Source: Candidatus Zixiibacteriota bacterium
Lineage (GTDB): Bacteria > Zixibacteria > MSB-5A5 > UBA10806 > 4484-95
NCBI GenBank assembly: GCA_037441845.1
Contig: JBBIRK010000006.1
Span: 64,001 to 128,000, forward strand
Length of the DNA: 64,000 nucleotides
Direction: 5' to 3'
Shown here: in pieces, positions 56,455 to 64,000 of the stretch
Position numbering within the stretch: the stretch's first letter is position 1
Layout of the letters: each line of letters begins with the position of its first letter
Translations under genes and position numbers: made by a program
The notes under the pieces: generated by a model
The model's input: the letters and a program-made list of their open reading frames with translations, nothing else
Databases searched by the model: none
Told to the model about the DNA's origin: nothing

Positions 56455-57462
56455 CTATAGAGATCTCGAGGTCACCTCGCCGGCGGCATAAGCCCTGATA
56501 CCGTCTTTAGATTTTATTATCAGACCGCCGTTATCATCAAAACCTATCGCCTTGCCGGTGACTCTTTTCTTGCCGCATTGCAAAGTTATATTTTTGCCCA
56601 CCACCGCCGAATGTGCCACCAGCTCCGGTCCTGCGAATTTCAATCCATGCCGGCAATAATTGATATAAAGTTTTTCGAATTCGCGCAGAATCTCTTGAAG
56701 AATTTTCACGCGCGGAATCGGCTTTCTATAAATCATCTCGACCGAGGCCGTTTTTTTGGCCAGACTACGGGGAAAATCGGCGGCCTTACCCAAAACGTTC
56801 ACCCCTATGCCGACAATTACATACTCCACCCGGTCCAGTTCGGCCTCCAGCTCGACCAGAATTCCGGATAGTTTGCGCGACCCATAGAGCACGTCGTTCG
56901 GCCATTTGAGTTTCAATTCCACTCCCGTGAGATTGTCGATCGCCCGGATCACGGCCAATCCGGCGATCAGGGATATCCCCGGTGTCTGAATCGGCGGAAG
57001 TTTCGGCCGGAGGACGATCGAAAAATAAAGGCCGCGCCCCGGCGGCGAATGCCAGCTTCTGCCCAATCGGCCACGCCCTCTTGTCTGCGTATCGGCTATC
57101 ACCAGAGTCCCTTCGGGAAACGACGCTTGGGCCAATCCATGCGCCGTTTCGTTGGTCGAAACCAGCGATTGGTAGGAAAATATCCGGCAGCCGAAAATAT
57201 GGCAATCAAGCCCGGCGGCCACCTCCACCGCCAAGATGGTGTCGGGGATTTCGCCGAGCTCATATCCGCCGGCATCGGCTTTAAGATCATATCCGCAGCT
57301 TCGCAAATACGATATGGAATCGTAAACGCGATGCAGCGATATGTTCAGCGATTCCTTTATTTCCCGAGCCGAGACGACTCTGCCGGAATGCGCTTTCAGA
57401 TACGCCAGAATCTGCGCTTGCACCTCCGGAATACCATTAGCTTCCGAAATGCTGTTCATCAT
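56455..57462 (-). CDS. birA: bifunctional biotin--[acetyl-CoA-carboxylase] ligase / repressor
   Basis: N-terminal HTH, STN, QTRGRGRLGRSW, KWPND, KLSGIL. Confidence 0.95.
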   Translation of the reverse strand: MMNSISEANGIPEVQAQILAYLKAHSGRVVSAREIKESLNISLHRVYDSISYLRSCGYDLKADAGGYELGEIPDTILAVEVAAGLDCHIFGCRIFSYQSLVSTNETAHGLAQASFPEGTLVIADTQTRGRGRLGRSWHSPPGRGLYFSIVLRPKLPPIQTPGISLIAGLAVIRAIDNLTGVELKLKWPNDVLYGSRKLSGILVELEAELDRVEYVIVGIGVNVLGKAADFPRSLAKKTASVEMIYRKPIPRVKILQEILREFEKLYINYCRHGLKFAGPELVAHSAVVGKNITLQCGKKRVTGKAIGFDDNGGLIIKSKDGIRAYAAGEVTSRSL

Positions 57463-58282
57463 ACTCCAACGAAAAATCGACTATCGGCGCGGAATGAGTC
57501 AACGCCCCCACCGAAATATAATCCACTCCGCAATCCGCTATTCCGGCGACCGACTCGAGAGTCACCCCGCCGGATACCTCGATTTTAATTTTCTTGCTCG
57601 TTTGGCGGATCTGTTTCACCGCCTTTTTGATCATTGCCAACGGAAAATTGTCCAGCATTATGATATCAGGCCGATACCGCAGAGCCTCGGCCAAATCGGC
57701 GAGATTTCCCACCTCGACTTCGACTTTCCGCTTTACGATTCTTGTTTTGGCGAGTGCTGCGCCGATTCCTCCCGCTGCCGCAATATGATTGTCCTTAATA
57801 AGAATCATATCGTATAAACCGAATCGATGATTTCCACCGCCTCCGTGTACAACCGCTTTTTTCTCCAGCCAACGGAGAGCCGGCGTCGTCTTTCTGGTAT
57901 CGAGAATCCTGGCTCGACTGCCTTTGATTCGAGCGACATACTGGGAGGTCAACGTGGCGATCCCCGAAAGCCGGCATAACAAATTCAGTGCCAGCCTTTC
58001 ACCGGCGAAAAGCGATCTTGTCGGCCCCGCGATACGCGCTATTTTCATCCATTTCGCAACCGGCATACCATCCCGGACAAGAAACCTGACTGAAATCTTT
58101 CGATCCACCAGGCGATAAACATACTTGAATGCTTCGGAACCCGATAAAATCCCCGGCGATTTTGCGACAACGAAAGCCGATCCCATATGTTTGCTCGGCA
58201 CAATCAATTTCGAAGTGATATCCCCATTGCCGAGGTCCTCGCAGAGAGCCAGCTTTATTACGGATCGGCAAATTTTATCCAT
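57437..58282 (-). CDS. nadC: nicotinate-nucleotide diphosphorylase (carboxylating)
   Basis: EDLGNGDITS, ERLALN, DTRKTTP, NHRFGL, IKDNH, EVEV, MLDN, SGG, GALTHS. Confidence 0.96.
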   Translation of the reverse strand: MDKICRSVIKLALCEDLGNGDITSKLIVPSKHMGSAFVVAKSPGILSGSEAFKYVYRLVDRKISVRFLVRDGMPVAKWMKIARIAGPTRSLFAGERLALNLLCRLSGIATLTSQYVARIKGSRARILDTRKTTPALRWLEKKAVVHGGGGNHRFGLYDMILIKDNHIAAAGGIGAALAKTRIVKRKVEVEVGNLADLAEALRYRPDIIMLDNFPLAMIKKAVKQIRQTSKKIKIEVSGGVTLESVAGIADCGVDYISVGALTHSAPIVDFSLEYDEQHFGS

Positions 58283-58376
58283 GTGCGGAATTAATCGAAG
58301 CAATCCGCTTGCTGTCAATTAAAAATGTTGACTTTGGTGGTCATTGCTGGTATTTCCTGATCAAGGATGGTCGGTT

Positions 58377-60020
58377 ATGCAGCCCGACAATTATTGCCTA
58401 TATCCTGAATATCACCACAAATCTTGTTTGATCAGCATTTTTCGGAATCCCGATGTCGATATCGCGGGCGTTCAAGATGACATAACCGTATGTTACGGCT
58501 GCGAGAGATTCAAGAGGATCGCCTCGCGGGGAATCGGCCGGCGCGAGGCCGATCAGGTTATCGGCGATACGGTGATCAAGCTGATGCAGCAGCTCGCTTA
58601 TAAAAACGATAAGTTAAAGCAGACCGCCGCCGAGCTGAAAAGCACAGTGGAACAGCTGACGCTGTTTAAGAGTATCGCCGATGCCATAGCCCGCAGCCCG
58701 AGTCTCGATAAGAGTCTTCGGATTATGCTTACCGGCGCCACTTCAGGGGACGCCATCGGATTCAATCGCGCCGGAGTGCTGCTGGTCAACGAATATACCG
58801 GTACCCTCGAGGGCAAATGCGCGGTCGGCCCGATCGATTCAGCCGAGGCGCAGGCAATTTGGGCGAAAGTCTCCGGAGTCCCCGTAAAACAACTGCTCGA
58901 TAACATACTGGCCGATAATATGAATGCCGAATTCACCCTCGAATCTTTTATAAGACGCGCCAAGATACCCCTTTCCGACAAAAACAATCCTTTGGTGCAG
59001 GTGCTTGTTTATTCAAACAGCCAAACGCTGCAGTTGCGGGCCGCGGATTTCGTCGCCTCCGATATCTCTTGGTGGCCTAATATTTCCGATATAATGGCGG
59101 TTCCCTTGAAATCGGAACAGCGAGTTCTCGGACTGGTTTTGGCCGACAATGCGATAACCGGCAAACCTTTCACCGATGAATCCGCCGAAGCCTTGAAATC
59201 ATTGGTGAACGCCTGCGCACCCGGTATCGAGAACAGCATCCTGCAGCAGGAGCTTTTCCTTAAATTAAAGGAATTGGAACGGGTTCATGATTTGCTCCGG
59301 GCCAATCAGAAATATCTGGTTCACCATGAGCGTTTAGCCGATATAGGAATGCTGGCCACCAAAGTGGCCCACGAATTCAAAATCCCGCTGGTGACGATCG
59401 GCGGTTACGCCCGACGCCTCAAGGCCCTTGCGTCAACCGGCAGGATCGACTCCGCTTTAATCGAAATCATCATTTCCGAAATCGATCGTCTGCTGACGAT
59501 CAATTCCGAAATCCTCGAGTATTCGCGGGCGCCCAAATTGAGCCTGAGAGAATGCGATTTGTGCGAACTCTTGACCGATGCGATTGCACAGATGAAAGAC
59601 AGGATGGCCGGTATGGCGATCGAAACCGGGATCGAGTTCCATAAGAAAAAAATGATGATTAAAATCGATCCCGAAAGGATGCGGCAGGTGGTCTTGAATC
59701 TCGTGGCCAATGCCGTCGAGGCGATGAAAAAAGGCGGACGCCTCACGATTCGCACCCGCCAGGACAACGACTACGTCGTGATAGAAATCCAGGATACGGG
59801 CGAGGGAATAGCGGCGGAAGAGATGGACAATCTGTTCCGGTTGTTTTATACGACAAAATCTAATGGATCCGGCCTCGGCTTGCCTGTTACCAAGAAAATT
59901 ATCGATGACCACGGCGGTTTTATAAATGTCCGCTCGAAAAAGGGGGAAGGCACCACTTTCTATGTCCATTTGCCTGTTGCGGAATCGAGCGAAAAAAAGA
60001 AGAAAGATTCGACCGCATAG
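58377..60020 (+). CDS. GAF-domain sensor histidine kinase
   Basis: GAF (GFNRAG..., ADNAITG), H-box AHEFKIPL, NLVANA, DTGEG, FYTTK, GSGLGL. Confidence 0.92.
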   Translation: MQPDNYCLYPEYHHKSCLISIFRNPDVDIAGVQDDITVCYGCERFKRIASRGIGRREADQVIGDTVIKLMQQLAYKNDKLKQTAAELKSTVEQLTLFKSIADAIARSPSLDKSLRIMLTGATSGDAIGFNRAGVLLVNEYTGTLEGKCAVGPIDSAEAQAIWAKVSGVPVKQLLDNILADNMNAEFTLESFIRRAKIPLSDKNNPLVQVLVYSNSQTLQLRAADFVASDISWWPNISDIMAVPLKSEQRVLGLVLADNAITGKPFTDESAEALKSLVNACAPGIENSILQQELFLKLKELERVHDLLRANQKYLVHHERLADIGMLATKVAHEFKIPLVTIGGYARRLKALASTGRIDSALIEIIISEIDRLLTINSEILEYSRAPKLSLRECDLCELLTDAIAQMKDRMAGMAIETGIEFHKKKMMIKIDPERMRQVVLNLVANAVEAMKKGGRLTIRTRQDNDYVVIEIQDTGEGIAAEEMDNLFRLFYTTKSNGSGLGLPVTKKIIDDHGGFINVRSKKGEGTTFYVHLPVAESSEKKKKDSTA

Positions 60021-60062
60021 ATGTTTTCATGCGTATGAATAAATAAGAGGAGGGAAATTGAT

Positions 60063-60416
60063 ATGCCGAAAGTGATGGTTGTCGAAGACGAGAAAAATCT
60101 CTTGAAACTTTATAAGGATGAACTCGAAGACGACGGTTTCGAGGTCATGCCGGTCGATAACGGCAGGCAAGTCTTGTCCGCCCTTGAGCAGTTTCGACCG
60201 CAGCTGGTTGTGCTTGATATAAAGCTTGGCGATGTCGAAGGATTAGAGGTTCTCGAACAGATAAAGCAGTTCGACCGGGGATTGCCGGTGATTCTCAACT
60301 CCGCCTATTCGTCATACAAAGCCAATTTCTCGAGCTGGATCGCCGACGATTATATCGTTAAGTCGCCCGATCTTACTGAACTGAAAGAAAGTATCAGACG
60401 ACATCTGGCTAATTGA
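60063..60416 (+). CDS. single-domain response regulator
   Basis: VVEDE, VLDIKL, ILNSAY, YIVKS. Confidence 0.93.
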   Translation: MPKVMVVEDEKNLLKLYKDELEDDGFEVMPVDNGRQVLSALEQFRPQLVVLDIKLGDVEGLEVLEQIKQFDRGLPVILNSAYSSYKANFSSWIADDYIVKSPDLTELKESIRRHLAN

Positions 60417-60523
60417 CCGGATTTTCCTTTTCACCCGATCTTTTCTTGCGACGATTACCCCAACCGCTTTTATGGCAAGGGCTCGGGCCGTTTCCATCGT
60501 CAGGTTCTATCAACATCTGCGGA

Positions 60524-61717
60524 TCAAAGCGCCATACGGAATATTTCGATTATTCCCGCCTTGTCGATCGGCCTCGGATTATCCAGAAAGCTTTTGCCTG
60601 CGCCGTAAATCCTGATCGCATCGTCGGCCATCCGTTCGAATTTTCCATCACCGATGCCGAGATCGGAAAAGTGTAGATGTCGATCGATCGTCACCAAAAA
60701 TCCGATCATAGCCTCTATGGATTGAGCGGCCGCGTGTTCCATATGCTCGCTTTCGAATTTCAAACCGAACACGTTGATTCCCATTTCAATATATTTCTCC
60801 GGTCGGGCTGCCGCAGTGTATTTCATGAGAGGCGGCAGTAGAAGCGCCAGGCCCCGCCCGTGCGAGATATCGTAGTGTCCGGAAACGCAATGTTCGAGCG
60901 CATGCAGCGGATAAGAACCTCCGCGACCCAAGTTGACCACGCCCGATAAAGCCACCGTCGAGCACCACGATAGATGCGTCCTCGCCTCCAGATCTCCGGG
61001 GTTCTTGGCTGCTTTCGGCAGATAGTTGATGACCGTTTTGATGATCGATTCGGAAAATCTATCCTGTAGATAGGAGGTGCTGGTCCCGGTGAAATATGTC
61101 TCGATCACATGCGAGATGATATCTATCCCACCGTCGAGAGTATATTCGAGCGGACAGGATATCGTAAGTTCGGGATCGACGATGGACAGCGTAGGGAACA
61201 GCGCCGGGGAAAAAAGGCCGGCCTTTTCGTTGGTGTCGTCGTTGGTGATCACACCGCCGCGGTTCGCCTCGGAGCCGGTGGCCGCTATTGTCGGCACACA
61301 AACGATCGGCAGTGCCTCGCGCACCGGAATATAAGTCTGACCCTCGCCCGAATAGATATGGTCCCAGACCGGTCGATTGGACTTGGCCACCGCCGCTATC
61401 CCTTTTGCCGCATCCATCGCCGAACCGCCGCCGAGACCGATAACGAAATCGCATTTTTCGGAGCGGACCACGCGTCCTGCCTCATCCACGGTTTTCGCCC
61501 GCGGATTGGGCTCGATTTTTTCGAAAAGCACTGGCGTAATGCCGGCGGATTTCAGCAGTTCAAGCACCCGGTCGAGTATACCCGTGCGGCGCATAGCCGA
61601 ACGCCCGGTAGCCAAGAGCGGCCGGCTGCCGATTTTCTTGCATTCCTTACCTAACTTTTCAAGCTGTCCGGCGCCGAATAATATCCTTGTTGGCAAATTA
61701 AATTCGAAATTGAGCAT
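60524..61717 (-). CDS. iron-containing alcohol dehydrogenase (butanol dehydrogenase-like)
   Basis: PTRILFG, EPNP, GGGSAMD, PTIAATGSE, D..SH..E, HALEH, HGRGLA. Confidence 0.93.
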   Translation of the reverse strand: MLNFEFNLPTRILFGAGQLEKLGKECKKIGSRPLLATGRSAMRRTGILDRVLELLKSAGITPVLFEKIEPNPRAKTVDEAGRVVRSEKCDFVIGLGGGSAMDAAKGIAAVAKSNRPVWDHIYSGEGQTYIPVREALPIVCVPTIAATGSEANRGGVITNDDTNEKAGLFSPALFPTLSIVDPELTISCPLEYTLDGGIDIISHVIETYFTGTSTSYLQDRFSESIIKTVINYLPKAAKNPGDLEARTHLSWCSTVALSGVVNLGRGGSYPLHALEHCVSGHYDISHGRGLALLLPPLMKYTAAARPEKYIEMGINVFGLKFESEHMEHAAAQSIEAMIGFLVTIDRHLHFSDLGIGDGKFERMADDAIRIYGAGKSFLDNPRPIDKAGIIEIFRMAL

Positions 61718-61896
61718 ATCTTCTCCCGTTGCTTTCAAATTATGGCTCAATTTATTCAAGCCGATTATCGGTTGCAAGCGGGGATTTTATCGATAATAGC
61801 ACTTTAAACAAGAGCAGCCGAGTTTCCCTATAGTCCTGACCTTCGAACCATTTATCGATCGAATCATCGAAATCAAATTACGCTTTCGCTTGGCTA

Positions 61897-62697
61897 TCAT
61901 AAATTTCCGGCCATTCCCCACCACATCCCTATCCCGGCCGCCACTGCGACATTGAGCGATTCGACTTTGCTGGTCTGTTCGATTCTCGCCAGATGATCTG
62001 CTGCTTTCCTGATTTCGTCACTGATTCCCCGAACCTCGTTGCCGAAAACCAGAGCCATTTTTTCTGTTTTGGGGATTTTCGACAAAGGCATTCGGGATTC
62101 CGCATCGAAAGCAATTATTTTGAAGTCACTCGGCAATAATCTGCGAAATTCGCAGGCCGAATCGGCCTCCCAAACGGGTATTGCGAACAGACCGCCTTGA
62201 GTGGCTCTGATCACTTTCGGATTATAGATCTCGGCGCAATCGTTCATACAGACGAATAAATCGAATCCGAATGCAGCCGCCGTCCGGATCATGGTTCCGA
62301 GATTGCCCGGGTCGGCGATACCATCAGCAACCGTGATTCTCGAAGCTCCGGCAAGCCTTTCGGCTATTGCGACCGGTTTCTTGACCTTGACCACAGCCAT
62401 GATATCCTGAGGAGTTTGCGAATCAGCCAGCCGGTTGAATTCCCTGGTTGCCAGGCTGTATATTTCGCCTTTGAATCCTGCCGGTATTGATTTCGCGGCG
62501 TCCGCCGAGGCTTTAAGGATTATTTTATCCACCTGCCAATCCGAATCGACTGCCGCCGCAACCGAATGGTCACCTTCGACCAAAAAAAGGCCATGTTCGC
62601 GGCGACATTTTTTCTGCTTGAGGGAATAAATCAGTTTGAGCTGCTTGACCGTCAATTTTGCAACCGTTCTTCCGCTCTTGATTTTGTCTCTGCTCAT
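61897..62697 (-). CDS. TrmH/SpoU family RNA methyltransferase
   Basis: FLVEG, DPGNLGTMIRTA, VFGNEVRG, ESLNVAVAAG. Confidence 0.93.
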   Translation of the reverse strand: MSRDKIKSGRTVAKLTVKQLKLIYSLKQKKCRREHGLFLVEGDHSVAAAVDSDWQVDKIILKASADAAKSIPAGFKGEIYSLATREFNRLADSQTPQDIMAVVKVKKPVAIAERLAGASRITVADGIADPGNLGTMIRTAAAFGFDLFVCMNDCAEIYNPKVIRATQGGLFAIPVWEADSACEFRRLLPSDFKIIAFDAESRMPLSKIPKTEKMALVFGNEVRGISDEIRKAADHLARIEQTSKVESLNVAVAAGIGMWWGMAGNL

Positions 62698-62717
62698 CTG
62701 GTATATTTTATTGCAAA

Positions 62718-64000
62718 ATGAAAATCCCGGGCGTAATCTTTTTCATCCTTCTGCTCTTTATTATTTTCTGCGAGCTCGCCATATGCGATACCCTGATTAT
62801 AAGATTGGATAATCCCCCTTTTCAATCGGAAACGGCAGAGACAGACGGAATTTATGCCGGGCGGCTCAAAGACGGCATCGCTCTCGCCTTGTCCGGCGGC
62901 GGCGCGCGGGGATTGGCGCAGATTGGTGTATTGGAAGTTCTCACGGAAAACGATTTCCCGATAAAATTGATCGCCGGCACGAGCATGGGAGCGGTAATCG
63001 GTGGGTTGTATTGCGCAGGTTATTCGCCGCACGAGCTTCATCGGCTCGCCCTCTCGATCGATTGGTCTGAACTGTTTTCCTCCGCTCCCCTGAGATCGGC
63101 GATACTGGTTTCAGCCAAGGGGTGGCCGGAAAAAGCCTTATTGAAACTCGGAATCGAAAATTGGCGGCCGGTGTTGCCCAAAGCGATCACTTCCGCTCAA
63201 AAATTATCGAATCTTTTATCTCGATTGTGCTATCGCGCGGGCGTGAGAGCGAGCCTGAACTACGACCTGCTCGATCCCCCGTTCCGAGCGACCGCCACTG
63301 ATTTGGGAAGCGGCAGGCTTGAGATAATTTCGAGAGGCGACTTGGCCGAGGCTTTGAGGGCGGCCATGGCTTTTCCGGTCGGTTTCACGCCGGTCTTGTC
63401 CGATGGACATCTGTACGTCGACGGCGGTTTGGTCGATCCGATTCCCGTCGATATCTGTCTCGAGCTGTCCGGACGGCCGGTGGTGGCGGTCAACACAACC
63501 TCGCCTCTGCTTCCGATAGACGACATAGTTGACGCGATCGATATGGCCAATCAATCGACCACGGTGATGTCTTTGCCCCACTTGAGTCGTTCGCTCGAGC
63601 AATCCGATGTGGTAATCACGCCGGAAATCGGCTTTCACAAGGCAAGCGATTTCACCGAAATAGATCGGTTGATCGAGGAAGGCAGGCAGGCGGCACTGCG
63701 AGCGCTGCCTGCTATCAAGAGCGCTCTAATGAAGAAGGGGCGGCGGCAAGGTAAGCGCTTTTACGTAGCTGCTTCTGAAATCGAGGGCTTGAATTGGCTG
63801 CCTCGATCTTTTTTCGAGAGGCATCTCTCAATAAATGGATTAACGGACGAATTCGAAATAAAAGCCAGGCTTGAAAAGGTGATGGCCGGAGGTTATTTGC
63901 GCGATGCTCGAGCGGAAGTTGTGCTCGAAGGCGATACTGCGCGGGTTGTTTACCGATTGGAGGATTTTCCACGTATAGTGAATATCGATTTTGTAGGAGT
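62718..64000 (+). CDS. patatin-like phospholipase with POTRA-like region (PlpD-type), runs off the window
   Basis: ATG 62718, signal peptide, ALSGGGARG, GTSMG, YVDGG. The frame appears open to the window end, so it is not in the ORF track. Confidence 0.88.
   Translation, partial: MKIPGVIFFILLLFIIFCELAICDTLIIRLDNPPFQSETAETDGIYAGRLKDGIALALSGGGARGLAQIGVLEVLTENDFPIKLIAGTSMGAVIGGLYCAGYSPHELHRLALSIDWSELFSSAPLRSAILVSAKGWPEKALLKLGIENWRPVLPKAITSAQKLSNLLSRLCYRAGVRASLNYDLLDPPFRATATDLGSGRLEIISRGDLAEALRAAMAFPVGFTPVLSDGHLYVDGGLVDPIPVDICLELSGRPVVAVNTTSPLLPIDDIVDAIDMANQSTTVMSLPHLSRSLEQSDVVITPEIGFHKASDFTEIDRLIEEGRQAALRALPAIKSALMKKGRRQGKRFYVAASEIEGLNWLPRSFFERHLSINGLTDEFEIKARLEKVMAGGYLRDARAEVVLEGDTARVVYRLEDFPRIVNIDFVG

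Noticed and set aside
1..64000. CRISPR arrays, tRNA/rRNA, IS elements, prophage
   Set aside because: No regularly spaced repeats, cloverleaf or rRNA signatures, transposase, integrase or phage genes were seen by eye.

Overview
Gene-dense bacterial chromosomal window of roughly 50% GC, mostly housekeeping. It includes purC/purH, rex, an RsbV/RsbW/RsbU-type partner-switching module, mfd plus three parvulin PPIases, hflX, uvrA, an EF-G paralog, a TetR-TolC-HlyD-ABC efflux operon, murQ, birA, nadC, a two-component pair and a partial patatin-POTRA gene. The gene repertoire (GWxTD protein, TonB receptor, C-terminal TWGxIK motif) suggests a diderm FCB-group or candidate-phylum organism such as Zixibacteria; this is inference only. 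I saw no rRNA, tRNA, CRISPR array, transposase or prophage. Clear non-coding elements are a TPP riboswitch with terminator upstream of a TonB receptor + SSS transporter, a Rex box, tandem TetR operators and an Fnr-like palindrome. The best candidates for undescribed biology are (1) an arginine decarboxylase / methyltransferase / agmatinase / methyltransferase cluster, possibly making N-methylated polyamines; (2) a secreted bacterial LIM-like/DA1-like metalloprotease operon; (3) a HEAT-repeat + HD-GYP pair sharing an N-terminal domain; (4) a putative C-terminal sorting motif; (5) repeated apparent CTG initiation; and (6) an unannotated 47-aa gene. All family assignments come from motif recognition by eye, not database searches.
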